Assembly: GCA_963770935.1 (NCBI GenBank)
Contig: CAVYRJ010000014.1
Span: forward strand, 1 to 64,000
Direction: 5' to 3'
Length of the DNA stretch: 64,000 nucleotides
DNA from: Candidatus Bathyarchaeota archaeon
GTDB taxonomy: Archaea; Thermoproteota; Bathyarchaeia; Bathyarchaeales; Bathycorpusculaceae
Under the pieces are notes generated by a model. That model made no database searches. It was not told where the DNA came from and was given only the letters and a program-made list of their open reading frames with translations. Made by a program: the position numbers and the translations under genes. Positions 1 to 10,987 of this stretch are shown here, in pieces. Positions within the stretch are counted from its first letter, which is position 1. Every line of letters starts with the position of its first letter.

Positions 1-126
1 ATATATTGATTGCAATAATCACGGTTTTACATTTACGGTTGATGATACTTTTTGGAAAGGAAGGTTTAAATAAATACCGCCATATTTCGTATATGCTTTA
101 AGTTAAAAAACGGATGAATATTTAGC

Positions 127-618
127 ATGTCGTCACAGGAATATCGCTATATACTTCGTATAATGGGTACAGACGTTCAAGGTACCTTAAAGACTTCTTA
201 CGCAGTTGCGGAAGTCAAAGGCGTAAGCGCAGCTCTTGCTAACGCGGTCCTCAAGAAGGCAGGTGTGAACCCAGACCTTCGGGTGGGATTTATAACTGAG
301 TCAGACATCTCGAAAATAGAAGATGTTATTCGGGACCCAGCAAAATATAGCATTCCTAGCTGGATGTTCAACCGTCGAAAAGACACAGATTCCGGAAAAG
401 ACGCTCACATGTTGAGTGCTGATCTTGCATTAAAGATTAAAACTGACATTGATCAAGCCAAAGAAATCAGGTCATGGCGTGGATACCGCCACGCTTACAG
501 CCTGAAAGTACGTGGACAAAGAACAAAAACCACTGGAAGAGCAGGTAAAGCCTTAGGCGTCAAGAAGAAGACCCTTATGCAGAAACCAGGTGGAGCACCA
601 GCTGAAGGAGGCAAATAG
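127..618 (+). CDS. rps13: 30S ribosomal protein uS13
   Basis: [24 protein letters not shown] signature; first gene of the conserved archaeal S13-S4-S11-rpoD operon. Confidence 0.98.
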   Translation: MSSQEYRYILRIMGTDVQGTLKTSYAVAEVKGVSAALANAVLKKAGVNPDLRVGFITESDISKIEDVIRDPAKYSIPSWMFNRRKDTDSGKDAHMLSADLALKIKTDIDQAKEIRSWRGYRHAYSLKVRGQRTKTTGRAGKALGVKKKTLMQKPGGAPAEGGK

Positions 619-620
619 AC

Positions 621-1211
621 ATGGGCGATCCGAAGAAGCAGCGTAAGAAGTTTGATACTCCACGTTTCCGATGGCGTAAAGATGTCCTCCAAGAAGAATT
701 AAAACTTCTGGGGCAATTTGGTTTAAGAAACAAACATGAACTCTGGCGCCACAAAACTACTCTTTCCAAAACCAGAAGCATCGCCCGTTCACTTATCAGC
801 AAAACTACTGAAGAACGTTCCAAGATGGAAAATGAACTGCTCGCACAACTCAAGAAAAAAGGAATTCTGCAAGAGACAGCAGTATTGGACAACGTTTTAG
901 ACTTAACCATTGAAGACATATTGGAGCGTAGATTGCAAACAATCGTTTTCCGCAAGGGCTTAGCAAGAACAGTCTACCAGGCAAGACAACTAATTACACA
1001 TGGTCATGTAACAATCGATGGTCGCAGAGTAACGATCCCCGGTTATATAGTTCCAAAAGAGGCTGAAACAAAAATAGTCTACTCACCCGAAAGCGCATTA
1101 GCAAACCAAGAACACGCATTACGCGTGGGACTATCAGTTGTGGCTAAGCAAGTAGAAGCTAGACCACCTCAGAGAGGCCGCAGAGGCGGACGAGGAGGCG
1201 GCAGATTCTGA
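621..1211 (+). CDS. rps4: 30S ribosomal protein uS4
   Basis: [11 protein letters not shown] start, [28 protein letters not shown]4 motif; RGG-rich tail. Confidence 0.98.
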   Translation: MGDPKKQRKKFDTPRFRWRKDVLQEELKLLGQFGLRNKHELWRHKTTLSKTRSIARSLISKTTEERSKMENELLAQLKKKGILQETAVLDNVLDLTIEDILERRLQTIVFRKGLARTVYQARQLITHGHVTIDGRRVTIPGYIVPKEAETKIVYSPESALANQEHALRVGLSVVAKQVEARPPQRGRRGGRGGGRF

Positions 1212-1615
1212 GCGCTCCCAACAATAAACGGAACGAGAAGTGGGCAATTGTCCATATCTTCAGCAGTTACAATAACACATTAATCCACATCACTGATATT
1301 TCAGGCGCAGAAACCATCGCTCGCACAACAGGCGGAATGTTCGTCAAAGCCGACCGCATGGAATCTTCACCTTACGCAGCAATGCGTGCATCGACAGGCG
1401 CAGCAGAAATAGCAAGAGATAAAGGAATAACAGCCATCCACATCAAAGTCCGAGCCCCAGGCGGCGCAGGACCCAGAACACCTGGACCAGGTGCCCAAGC
1501 AGCTATCAGAGCATTAGCCAGATTTGGATTCAAAATTGAACGCATCGAAGAAGTCACACCAATTCCTCACGATGGAACAAGAAGGCCCGGTGGCAGAAGA
1601 GGCAGAAGAGTCTAA
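1208..1615 (+). CDS. rps11: 30S ribosomal protein uS11 (probable CTG start)
   Basis: Frame of ORF 1337-1615 extends upstream through [27 protein letters not shown] to CTG at 1208; [20 protein letters not shown]-terminus. Confidence 0.95.
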   Translation: MSAPNNKRNEKWAIVHIFSSYNNTLIHITDISGAETIARTTGGMFVKADRMESSPYAAMRASTGAAEIARDKGITAIHIKVRAPGGAGPRTPGPGAQAAIRALARFGFKIERIEEVTPIPHDGTRRPGGRRGRRV

Positions 1616-1665
1616 TCTGCAACGATTTCCCCTTATTGAAAGTAACTTATTGGAGTGTCTAGCAA

Positions 1666-2481
1666 GTGAAAATAGAAGTCCTTGAAAAAAATGATATTAA
1701 CCTTCGCATAGCTGTCAGAGATGCGGACGTGCCTTTAATGAATGCTCTGCGACGTCTAGCACTTGCTGAGGTTCCTTGCATGGCAATCGAAGAAGTTGTC
1801 ATGATAGAAAACAGTTCAATTCTTCAAGATGAAATAATCGCCCATAGACTGGGTCTTACTCCACTTAAGACAGATTTAGACGCGTATAGTCTTCCTGAAG
1901 AATGCGAATGCAAGAGCGAATTTGGTTGTTCCTCGTGCCGAGTGACGCTAACACTTGATGCTGAAGCAAGGGATGGAACAAGAACCGTCTATTCAGGTGA
2001 AGTGGTGTCAGAAAACCCAGAAGTCTTACCTGTATCAGACAAAATCCCTATAGTTAAACTTGCAAAAAACCAGAAACTGAAGCTTGAAGCCTATGCGAGG
2101 CTCGGCAAAGGCAAAACTCACGCAAAGTGGCAGCCAGTTTCTATGTGCGCATACAAATATTACCCATCAATTACCACACCAATTGGCAAGTGCGAAGGAT
2201 GCCAAAAATGCGCTGACATCTGTCCAAAGAAAGTCTACGTCGTCAAGGAAGAGAAAATTGCTGTCCGAGACCTCTTGGCATGTAACCTTTGCATGGATTG
2301 CGTTGATGCTTGTCCACAAAAACCTTCACCGCTTAAGGTTGAATGGGAAAAGAACGCTTTCATAATGAATATTGAGTCTACCGGTGCGCTTCCTCCAGAA
2401 CGTGTGCTCAAAGAAGCTACTAAACTGTTAGGCAAACAACTAGACGAGTTTGAAGGACAAATAAAGGCTGGATTGCAATGA
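1666..2481 (+). CDS. rpoD: RNA polymerase subunit Rpo3/D with ferredoxin-like insert
   Basis: NALRR, ENSSILQDEIIAHRLGL, GKGKTHAKWQPV motifs; two CxxCxxCxxxCP motifs. Confidence 0.97.
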   Translation: MKIEVLEKNDINLRIAVRDADVPLMNALRRLALAEVPCMAIEEVVMIENSSILQDEIIAHRLGLTPLKTDLDAYSLPEECECKSEFGCSSCRVTLTLDAEARDGTRTVYSGEVVSENPEVLPVSDKIPIVKLAKNQKLKLEAYARLGKGKTHAKWQPVSMCAYKYYPSITTPIGKCEGCQKCADICPKKVYVVKEEKIAVRDLLACNLCMDCVDACPQKPSPLKVEWEKNAFIMNIESTGALPPERVLKEATKLLGKQLDEFEGQIKAGLQ

Positions 2482-2840
2482 GAGAAACTAAAACTACAAA
2501 CCCACAATTAATCGAGCTTATAGGTCTTCTAAAGAAGGAAAGCAGAGAAAAACAAGCTGCCATCTGGCTTGATGTTGCTGACCACTTAGCAAAGTCACGT
2601 AGCCAACGGGTCGCCGTTAATTTGAGCAAAATAAACAGGCACACAAAAAAAGCTGACGTTGTAGTTGTTCCAGGTAAACTCTTAGCTTCAGGCAACATAG
2701 ACCACGCAGTAACTGTTGCGTCATTTGATATCTCGGACAAAGCAAAGGCTAAGCTTGAGGCTGTTAAAGCAAAATATATAACAATTCTGGAGCTGTTGGA
2801 GAAAAACCCCAAAGGCTCAAACGTAAAAATTATCCGGTGA
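2478..2840 (+). CDS. rpl18e: 50S ribosomal protein eL18
   Basis: TNP..., VNLSKINR, VVVPGKLL, NPKGSNVKII; operon position. Confidence 0.97.
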   Translation: MRETKTTNPQLIELIGLLKKESREKQAAIWLDVADHLAKSRSQRVAVNLSKINRHTKKADVVVVPGKLLASGNIDHAVTVASFDISDKAKAKLEAVKAKYITILELLEKNPKGSNVKIIR

Positions 2841-3301
2841 GAAAAATGCAAACAACAACAACAAAATCCCCTGCAGTCACATTGGTTAATGCCGAAGGCT
2901 TAATAGTTGGCCGAATGTGCAGCAAAGTCGCCAAACGACTGTTAAACGGCGAAGAAGTAATCATCCTTAACGCGGAAAAAGCCGTGTTTTCAGGCAAAAA
3001 GAAAAGCAAAGTTTTAGAAGCACACAAGTTCCTTGAAGTGGGAGCACCAATGCGCGGTCCCTTCCATTACCGAAGACCTGATCGTTTCCTACGCAAGACA
3101 GTTCGCGGTATGGTTCCCTTTAAGTTGCCTAAAGGCAAGAGTGCCTATAAACGGTTGAAGGTATTTATGGGTGTGCCACTTGAATTCAAAGATCAAAAGA
3201 TGATAACATTCGAAGAAGCCAATTCGATAAACCTGAGAGGGCCACATTTTACCCTTGGTGAATTGGCAACTGAAATCGGATGGTTCAATAGGATGGAATA
3301 A
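2837..3301 (+). CDS. rpl13: 50S ribosomal protein uL13
   Basis: GRMCSKVAKRLL, GPFHYRRPDRFLRKTVRGM. Confidence 0.97.
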   Translation: MRKMQTTTTKSPAVTLVNAEGLIVGRMCSKVAKRLLNGEEVIILNAEKAVFSGKKKSKVLEAHKFLEVGAPMRGPFHYRRPDRFLRKTVRGMVPFKLPKGKSAYKRLKVFMGVPLEFKDQKMITFEEANSINLRGPHFTLGELATEIGWFNRME

Positions 3302-3303
3302 TT

Positions 3304-3714
3304 ATGCCCGCCAAAAAAGTCTTAGTTGTTAGTGGAAAGCGAAAAACCGCAGTTGCCCGCGCCATAGTTAAACAGGGTGTTGGCAGAGTGCGGATAAATA
3401 TGACTCCAGTTGAAATTGTTGAACCCGACATTGCCCGGGCTAAAATCATGGAACCCCTCTTGCAAGCAGGCGGTGACGTCTGGCAGCAACTCGACATGGA
3501 CGTTAAAACCAGCGGCGGAGGCTACATGGGGCAGGCAGAAGCAGCACGCATGGCAATATCCAATGCACTCCTCAAATGGACAAAGAGCACCCATCTGCGC
3601 ACAGTCTTCAACGAATATGACCGTACAATGGTTGCTGGAGACAGCAGAACCAAAGAAACCAAGAAAGTCGGCGGAGCAGGCGCAAGGTCAAAAGAACAGA
3701 AAAGCTACAGGTAG
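3304..3714 (+). CDS. rps9: 30S ribosomal protein uS9
   Basis: [29 protein letters not shown]-terminus. Confidence 0.98.
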   Translation: MPAKKVLVVSGKRKTAVARAIVKQGVGRVRINMTPVEIVEPDIARAKIMEPLLQAGGDVWQQLDMDVKTSGGGYMGQAEAARMAISNALLKWTKSTHLRTVFNEYDRTMVAGDSRTKETKKVGGAGARSKEQKSYR

Positions 3715-3725
3715 GAGAAAACAAA

Positions 3726-3956
3726 ATGATTATTCCCGTAAGATGCTTTACATGCGGCAAACTTGTCGGCGACAGATGGGACGAATTTACACGTCGCATA
3801 AAAACCGGCGAGAACGCCAGCGATGTACTGGACAGCTTAGGTTTGAAGCGGTACTGTTGCAGACGCATGTTGCTCTCTAACGTGGAAATCATCGATGAAG
3901 TCTTGCGTTTCTATGAAGAAGCGGAGAAACGCAAAGAAGCCCGCAACTTCTACTAA
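3726..3956 (+). CDS. rpoN: RNA polymerase subunit Rpo10/N
   Basis: [12 protein letters not shown] ... RYCCRRM. Confidence 0.98.
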   Translation: MIIPVRCFTCGKLVGDRWDEFTRRIKTGENASDVLDSLGLKRYCCRRMLLSNVEIIDEVLRFYEEAEKRKEARNFY

Positions 3957-4472
3957 ATTCTCTTTATTTTCAGTTAATTTCAGCTTGCCAATAGCTTTCT
4001 CTCTGCGAGACCTATTCCTTCTTTATAGCTACATAGCTAAAGGCGGCCTTTCTCCTGGTGACTCCTAACGTCTTTTATCAGAGATCGATAGGTTGAGCTC
4101 TTTAGGATTTATTCGCCTCTAATTCTATCTCCAAGCATATCTGCCAAACCTAAAGTTTTTAGACGGCTACTCCATTAGCAGCACACTTCAACATGCCTCA
4201 CACCCACAACCAGCTAAACCAACATTCTTTTGAAGGAAAAACCCCTTACAATACAACTAAAAAGCCAATAAAACACTGCCCGAACCAAAAAAGCAACCCG
4301 ACCGCAAAAGCAAAAGAAGTGCCCCAGCAAACACCCTCAAGCACTCAGAGAGCCCATACGATAAATGCAGAACCAAACAAACACTTATGGGATATGCTCT
4401 CGGTTAGTCAAGAAAGTTTGACGAAAACAGTTTTATGTTATCTTTTTTTAATCCAAATGAGGCGAGTAGATA

Positions 4473-5529
4473 ATGAATAAAGCGGCTATTGAATTAACGA
4501 TTCTTGCTTTGATAGGATTAATTATGATCCCGACTGAAGCGTCAGCACAAATCACTCATCCGAGCCCATCTTATGAGTACGCACCGCTTACCCCAAGGGT
4601 CGGCGACACCGTAACTTTTGATGCCTCAGACTTTATCGCGTACTGGACTGAATCAATCATTGTTTCTCTTGACTGGGATTTTGCCGATGGAACAACCCAA
4701 AGTGGAACAGTCGTTGAACACTCTTTTGCTAAAGCGGGAGAATATTGGGTTGAATTAGCCGCAACTGATAATCGAGGAATGACCGCTTCTACTGCACATT
4801 TGATAACAGTGACCGAGCAAACCCCCATAACAGTTTACTTATTCTTAAGCAGCGAGAGAGTCTACATTGGGCAAGACATAACCATAAGTGGAGACTTAAT
4901 ATCCAATGGAGAAGGCGTACCTAGTGAGCTGATTTCTTTTTCAACTAGGAATTATGCTAATAACGCCAAATGGATTGAAATTGGTGACGTAAAAACCGAT
5001 AACGATGGCAAGTACTCAGTTATTTGGCAATTAAAGGAACCGAGAGGTTATCAAGTTAGAGCCAGCTGGGAAGGCAACGCCACCTACCCAGAAACAAGCC
5101 TCAGCCGCATTCTCTACGTTAATTCCTACGGAGACTTAATCACTGGGGTTTTCATCTAACTCAACCATAACTGGAATGAATTTTAACATGACTACCCGCC
5201 TGCTCAGCTTCACGGCAGCGGACCAACTTGAATAACAACTTGACAACCAGCCAATCCAATACACTATAGAATCAACCAGCCAATCATGGACCCTCTATTT
5301 TACTTACACGCAGAGCTTCCACATCATACTGATAGATTTCACTGGATCATTCATTAGACCCGAAACCACCGGTACGCCTTGGACTCCTACTGACGGAAAT
5401 GTTCCGTCAGTTCCATTGGCAACAACTTTAGTAGTCGTTTCAACTGTGTTACTAGCGGTTATACTTGTGGGCTTACTTGTTTACTTAAAGAAATGTCCTG
5501 CTTTGCCAAAAAGCAGAGGCTTAAATTGA
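4473..5529 (+). pseudogene. secreted PKD/Ig-like cell-surface protein with C-terminal membrane anchor, frameshifted and probably internally deleted
   Basis: Signal peptide, PKD motifs (VTFDAS, WDFADG, HSF), Ig-like domain; after GGGG near 5145 another frame reads SSNSTITGMNFN; a later segment reads LYFTYTQS...VVVSTVLLAVILVGLLVYLKK to TGA 5529. Confidence 0.7.
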
Positions 5530-5548
5530 AACTGAAACAAAGAAAGGT

Positions 5549-6355
5549 TTAGTGGGAGTATAGTTTTTCGTAGGGTCGCTTTGATGAGGGGTAGGATTTT
5601 CTTGAATTTACCAGATAAGATTTGTTTTGGAGTCGACACCGAAATGGCTACAGTACTCTTTGACTAATCCTTCGACAACTTGCATGTCCCGTTTGCCAAC
5701 TGGTAAGGTTTTGGTACCTGCTTCGGGTTCTAAGATTTCGCCACGTTCGTAGATGACTCCGCCATGCATTCCTGTGCCCACGAATCGGGCTTTGCATTTT
5801 TCGCCATCCTTGAGATTCAAGCCCAAAATGAGGATTACTCCGCCAGCCATGTACTCAGCCAAAAAGTCGCCTGCTGTTTCCCCGATCACGATTTGGGGTA
5901 TTTTGCGTTGGTACTCTTTCATATGGATACCGACTCGGTAGCCCACGCAGTCTTTGATGAAGATTTTGCCGCCTCGCATTGAATGCCCAGTTAAATCTCC
6001 AGCGTGACCATGAACGATTATTTGCCCATCGTTCATTGTGTTGCCGCTCGCATCTTGTGCGTTGCCATGGATTACCATTTTGGGTCCGCTCATAAACGCG
6101 CCAAGGTCGTTGCCCGGTGTTCCATAAACATCGATCTGTATGTTGGTGTCTAAGGTCGGTTCCGAGGTATCTTTGTCCACAAACATTATGCAGCTCTATC
6201 CTCTCTACGTCGCCAGTTATGACTGCTCTTAGGATGCTGTTTAGTTCTTTGTAGTAGAGTCCTTCAGCGTTGATTTTGACTATTTTGCCCTCGGTTTTTA
6301 TTAGTGAGTGATATTTTGCGTCGATTTCTAATGGTTCACTTTTTTGTTGTTGCAT
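5549..6355 (-). CDS. gltB3: glutamate synthase subunit, GXGXG domain (GltB3), with three apparent single-base insertions
   Basis: N-terminus from ORF 5855-6355 (CGQRYLGTDL) joins ORF 5608-6186 (GTPGNDLGAFM, GNTMNDG, EYMAGG, GTGMHGG); C-terminus SKRPYEKLYSH lies in another frame. Confidence 0.85.
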
Positions 6356-6358
6356 GTT

Positions 6359-7870
6359 TTACGCTCCTGCCATCTTTACGCCTAAAATCTCAAGCTCTGT
6401 CTTTGTCAAGCCGACGCCACGAAGGGCTAATCTGTTGCCGCGTAAGCTTTCAATGGCGTTTATGCCCATGCCGCCCATCATGTCCTTAATCTCTAAGCTC
6501 CAGCTCTGCAGCAAATTCACCAGCCGTTTGGACGCGATGTCGGGGTTGATGCGTTTGCTAATCCATGGGTCACTGGTTGCGATTCCCCATGGACACTTGC
6601 CCGTGTAGCAGCGTTGGCAGACCGTGCAGCCTATAGCGATCAAAGCGGCAGTGCCAATATACACAGCGTCAGCACCCAAAGCTATGGCTTTAAACACATC
6701 TGCTGCGCCTCGGAATCCTCCAGCCGCAACTACGCCTGCCTTGTTTCTTATGCCTTCTTCACGGAGCCGCTGGTCTACTTGTGCGATGGCTAACTCGATG
6801 GGCATGCCTACGTTGTCTCTGATGACTTTAGGTGCTGCACCTGTTGCTCCTCGAACACCGTCTATAGCGACTATGTCTGCTCCAGCCCGAACCATTCCGC
6901 TGGCGATTGCTGCTACGTTGTGGACTGCTGCAATTTTGACGGAGATGGGTTTGGTATAGTTGATGGCTTCTTTGAGCGCGTAGATTAGTTGGCGGAGATC
7001 TTCGATTGAGTAGATGTCGTGTTGCGGAGCAGGCGAGAGTGCGTCTGTGCCTTGTGGTATCATGCGGGTTTTGGCGACGTGTTCGGTGACTTTTTCGCCT
7101 GGAAGGTGACCGCCGATGCCTGGTTTTGCACCTTGCCCAATCTTAATTTCGACAGCTGCCCCTGCGTTAAGGTATTCACTGTGGACTCCGAATCTACCAG
7201 AAGCAACCTGCACGATGGTGTGGGCACCGTACTTGTAGAGACTCTTGTCCAATCCCCCTTCACCGGTGTTCCAGTAAGTTCCACATTCTGTTGCTGCACG
7301 CGCTAACGATTCATGCACGTTTAGACTTATGGCGCCATAGGACATGGCTGAGAACATAATTGGTGTATCCAAGCAAAGCTGTGGAGTAAGCTGAGTTTTT
7401 AGAACTGTTTCGCCGTTTTCCATTGTTAAGTCTAAGCGGTCTGGTTTTGCGCCAAGGTACGTGCGGATTTCCATGGGTTCCCGCAACGGGTCAATTGAGG
7501 GGTTGGTAACTTGGCTTGCATTTAGAAGCAGCCGGTCCCAGTAAGTGTATTCTGGTTTGTCGCAGCCCATGCCAGTTAAAATTACGCCTCCGCTTTCAGC
7601 TTGCCTTTTCAAGTCGCGGATTGCTTCCATCTTCCAGTTCGCGTTTTCTCTGCTAACGTTAGGGTTCTTTTTGATAGTTATGGCGTGGGTTGGACAGAAA
7701 GTTACGCATCGCTGGCAGTTAACACAGTTTTCATCTTTACTGCAGACAGTGTCTGTTTCTTCGTCATAGACGTGGGTGTCGTAGGTGCATTGGTTAATGC
7801 ATACTTTGCAGCGTATACAACGTTTTTCGTCTCGTTCAATTAAGTATTCAGGTTGGAGGTAAGTTTTCAT
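6359..7870 (-). CDS. gltB2: glutamate synthase FMN-binding subunit with N-terminal 2x[4Fe-4S] domain (GltB2)
   Basis: SAMSYGA, NTGEGG, QVASGRFGV, EIKIGQGAKPGIGGHLPGEKV, C-x5-C-x4-CP cluster motif. Confidence 0.95.
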   Translation of the reverse strand: MKTYLQPEYLIERDEKRCIRCKVCINQCTYDTHVYDEETDTVCSKDENCVNCQRCVTFCPTHAITIKKNPNVSRENANWKMEAIRDLKRQAESGGVILTGMGCDKPEYTYWDRLLLNASQVTNPSIDPLREPMEIRTYLGAKPDRLDLTMENGETVLKTQLTPQLCLDTPIMFSAMSYGAISLNVHESLARAATECGTYWNTGEGGLDKSLYKYGAHTIVQVASGRFGVHSEYLNAGAAVEIKIGQGAKPGIGGHLPGEKVTEHVAKTRMIPQGTDALSPAPQHDIYSIEDLRQLIYALKEAINYTKPISVKIAAVHNVAAIASGMVRAGADIVAIDGVRGATGAAPKVIRDNVGMPIELAIAQVDQRLREEGIRNKAGVVAAGGFRGAADVFKAIALGADAVYIGTAALIAIGCTVCQRCYTGKCPWGIATSDPWISKRINPDIASKRLVNLLQSWSLEIKDMMGGMGINAIESLRGNRLALRGVGLTKTELEILGVKMAGA

Positions 7871-8985
7871 TGAAGATCTCCTTTTGGCATGTTTTTAAGT
7901 CTACAAACAACGGGTTCTCCACCTCGAGGGGCAAAAAACTTGTCGAGTTGGGGTGAAACAAGCCGCATTGCAGCTTCCTCTGAAGAAAGGAACATGAAGT
8001 CACCTTTCGTGCCACCAACCAGAGGTCGAAGTTTGATTCTATCAGTTAACCCAATCATTTCGCCATGGTGAGCAATAACTATGCTAAATGGACCATTCAT
8101 CAGTAGACTGCCATACGTTTGGCGCAGTGTCCGCAGTAGATTTGCATGTTTAGGCTCCATGTTATCTATTTCGCTCCATAGCGGTGCCGCAAGGATTTGA
8201 GCAACCAAGTTAATGGGTAGGCGTTGTCTTCGCATAAGCAAATCCACAGCGTAAGCTAACACTTCAGTATCTGTCTGCATCGTGCATTTGTAACCGTACA
8301 TTTCCAAGAAACGGCGGTTTATGCCGTAGGATGATAACTCACCGTTATGGACAACTGTCCAGTCAAGGATGTTAAATGGGTGTGCTCCGCCCCACCAACC
8401 AGGACTGTTAGTTGGGAATCGGCTATGGCATGACCAAAGGTACCCTTGGTAGTCTTCCAAGCAGAAGAACTCTGCAACATCCTCTGGGAAACCAACGCCT
8501 TTGAAGACGCCCATATCTTTGCCACTTGAAAACACAAATGCCTTGCCTGTTTCAGTGTTGATACGCATAATGGCTTCTATTACATAGTCTTCTTCAGCTT
8601 GGTTTTTGGGTCGACGTTTTTTAGGCTCCACGAAGTAGCGCCAAACCATCGGTGGGTCTTTGACGTCTGCAGGTTTTGTTTGCATTTCCTCATCGTAAAC
8701 TATATCAAATTTTGAGGCAAGTATCCTGTCTGTTTTTTCTTTAGCGTCCTTACTTAGGTACATGACGTGGAATGCATAGTAGTCTTTGAATTGTGGATAT
8801 ATGCCGTAGACTGCGAAACCTCCCCCTAAGCCGTTACCGCGGTCATGCATGTTTGCCATGGCTCGCACGGGGTCTTTTGAACCAAAACGTTTGCCGTCAA
8901 TATTCATTGCCGCAAAAATGCCGCAGGCTGAAAAATCCTTATCGTCCCCGAATGGGTTGATTATTTTTCTGTCGTTTTGATCCAT
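7867..8985 (-). CDS. gltB1: glutamate synthase glutamine amidotransferase subunit (GltB1)
   Basis: ACGI Ntn cysteine, HDRGNGLGGG, HSRFPTN, AHPF, HNGE, TDTE, DRIKLRP; ATG at 8985 overlaps the upstream TAA. Confidence 0.93.
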   Translation of the reverse strand: MDQNDRKIINPFGDDKDFSACGIFAAMNIDGKRFGSKDPVRAMANMHDRGNGLGGGFAVYGIYPQFKDYYAFHVMYLSKDAKEKTDRILASKFDIVYDEEMQTKPADVKDPPMVWRYFVEPKKRRPKNQAEEDYVIEAIMRINTETGKAFVFSSGKDMGVFKGVGFPEDVAEFFCLEDYQGYLWSCHSRFPTNSPGWWGGAHPFNILDWTVVHNGELSSYGINRRFLEMYGYKCTMQTDTEVLAYAVDLLMRRQRLPINLVAQILAAPLWSEIDNMEPKHANLLRTLRQTYGSLLMNGPFSIVIAHHGEMIGLTDRIKLRPLVGGTKGDFMFLSSEEAAMRLVSPQLDKFFAPRGGEPVVCRLKNMPKGDLQ

Positions 8986-10265
8986 TATTGTATCACACTC
9001 ATTTTCCTTTGAAGAGCCACTGGTAAAACTGCCCATCCAAAATCATCTCTGAGCAACTCCCCTTTGAATTTCTTCACGTTAACTTGATTCTTCATCAAGC
9101 TGAAGAGGATTCCTGCACGATCGATGCAGTCAACCAAGGTTAGGCCGACAATAATATTGTTCTTTAGCACCAGTTTCTTGTATACATTGTGTTCTGTGTC
9201 CTGCTTAACTGCAATTTCCAGCGTCGGGTCATCTTTAGTGTTAGCTAAACCAATGGAGACGATAGGTATGCCAAAGTACTTGAGACTACTCATGTTGGTA
9301 CCGCCTTCATAACACGTTTTTTGACCTGCCATGTTATACCCTGCAACTCTGCCTTCCAAAACCGCAAGGGGCCAAAGGGGCAAGAGCCGGTTCTGGTTAA
9401 GGATGAAATCGTAAGCTTCCGCAACGTCGCCGCTGGCGTAGACGTCAGGCAGGTTGGTCTGCATGAAATTATCGACCACTATACCTCGATTTATCTTTAC
9501 AGCAGTTCCCACCACAAGTTCGGTTCTTGGAATTACACCAATGGCTACAACAACTATGTCACATGACACTTTGTCGCCTTTGGTTAAGATTACCCCGCCA
9601 ACTGCGCCGTCGTTTTCTGGTTTGCCAACGATTTTCTGAACTGACTGGCCTGTGGCTAAGTTTACACCCGCTTTCCTTATAACGCCTTCAACGATGTCTG
9701 AAGCTTTTGCATCTAAGAGTAAACTCAGGATTTTGTCTTGGAGTTCTACAACGGTAACTTTTAAGCCGCGCTTCATGAGGGCTTCGGTTACGCTTATGCC
9801 GATTAATCCTGCCCCAACAACCACTGCGCTCTTGGCATGTATGCTGTCAATTTTTGCGTCTAAACGCTGGGCATCCGTGATGTTTGTAAAGGTGAATACG
9901 CCGTCTTTGTCTTGTCCATCTATTTTGGGAACAAAGGGTTTGCCGCCTATGGCAAGTAAAAGCTTCTCATAAGCTACCTTTTCACCGTCGTCTAAGCTCA
10001 CAGTTTTTTCGGTTAGGTTTAGCTTTACTGCTTTTTTACCTAAACGTGTTTCTGCCTTGTTTTCAATCCAGAAACTATCAGCTTTACACTTCATTTTTTG
10101 GATATCTGCTTTACCACTGACTAAGTCACTAATCATGGGGCGGCTGTAGTTTGCGCATTCTTCTTCACTAATTACAATGATTTTCCCAATCGGATCTACT
10201 TTTCTTATAGCTTCAACTGCGCCTACGCCTGCTGCTGAAGCGCCAACAATCACATACTTTGCCAT
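8985..10265 (-). CDS. FAD-dependent NAD(P)H oxidoreductase, probable electron donor to glutamate synthase
   Basis: GASAAG and GAGLIG Rossmann motifs, TNLPDVYASGD; operonic with gltB1-3. Confidence 0.85.
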   Translation of the reverse strand: MAKYVIVGASAAGVGAVEAIRKVDPIGKIIVISEEECANYSRPMISDLVSGKADIQKMKCKADSFWIENKAETRLGKKAVKLNLTEKTVSLDDGEKVAYEKLLLAIGGKPFVPKIDGQDKDGVFTFTNITDAQRLDAKIDSIHAKSAVVVGAGLIGISVTEALMKRGLKVTVVELQDKILSLLLDAKASDIVEGVIRKAGVNLATGQSVQKIVGKPENDGAVGGVILTKGDKVSCDIVVVAIGVIPRTELVVGTAVKINRGIVVDNFMQTNLPDVYASGDVAEAYDFILNQNRLLPLWPLAVLEGRVAGYNMAGQKTCYEGGTNMSSLKYFGIPIVSIGLANTKDDPTLEIAVKQDTEHNVYKKLVLKNNIIVGLTLVDCIDRAGILFSLMKNQVNVKKFKGELLRDDFGWAVLPVALQRKMSVIQ

Positions 10266-10709
10266 TTAGGCTTTTACCTCCTTGAATACTAACGCTTGGT
10301 TTGGGCAGTTGGCAACACATGCTGGTTCAGCTAATCCCTGGCAGAGGTCACATTTAGCGACCACTTTGCCTTCCTTATCCATAAGCAAGGCGCCGTAAGG
10401 ACAAACCATAACGCAGGTCCAACAACCAATGCACTTATCCTTGTTATGGATAACTTCGCCTGTTTTTGGGTCTTTTGTCATGGCGCCGGATAGGCAGGCG
10501 GTTACGCATGGTGCGTCTTGGCAGTGGCGGCATTGGATGGCAAAAGAGACGGGTTTGTTTACTTCACGTCTGATTCTGCTTATGGGTTTAGGGTGTTCGC
10601 TGTTGTAGGCTTTGACTATATCTTTTGACTTGGAATGCTGTACGGTGCAGTAGACTTCACATAGTCCACAGCCCATGCAGGCTTCTTGGTTTGCGATTAT
10701 TCTTTTCAT
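10266..10709 (-). CDS. 4Fe-4S polyferredoxin (DmsB/HydN-like)
   Basis: Four Cys clusters: CMGCGLC..C, CRHC..APC..C, CIGCWTC..CP, KCDLC..PAC..CP. Confidence 0.92.
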   Translation of the reverse strand: MKRIIANQEACMGCGLCEVYCTVQHSKSKDIVKAYNSEHPKPISRIRREVNKPVSFAIQCRHCQDAPCVTACLSGAMTKDPKTGEVIHNKDKCIGCWTCVMVCPYGALLMDKEGKVVAKCDLCQGLAEPACVANCPNQALVFKEVKA

Positions 10710-10987
10710 TCAACTAAACCTCTTTTAATATTTTTTACTTGCGCGGACAAGTGAGCATGACAAATATGAAGTTCCACATCATTTGTGTATAAAACACCCT
10801 TACTTGTCGTCGCTTGATTATCATTTTTGATTATTACTTTACATGTGTTTAACGGCATTCTATCCACATCTTTTTCTGGAGCTAGCCGATCAAATAGCAT
10901 GTATTCTATATAACTTTGTTGAAAATCATTTATATGCAACTTAGTGAAATATGTAGTGTACATGAAACATTTACCAGGTGTTTATTC

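Noticed and set aside
4193-4480. 95-aa ORF and adjacent 3960-4200 region as a gene
   Set aside because: Low-complexity translation with no recognisable motif; at most an unidentifiable relic
10706-10963. 85-aa ORF in the glt/regulator intergenic region
   Set aside because: Spans divergent promoters and shows no protein motif
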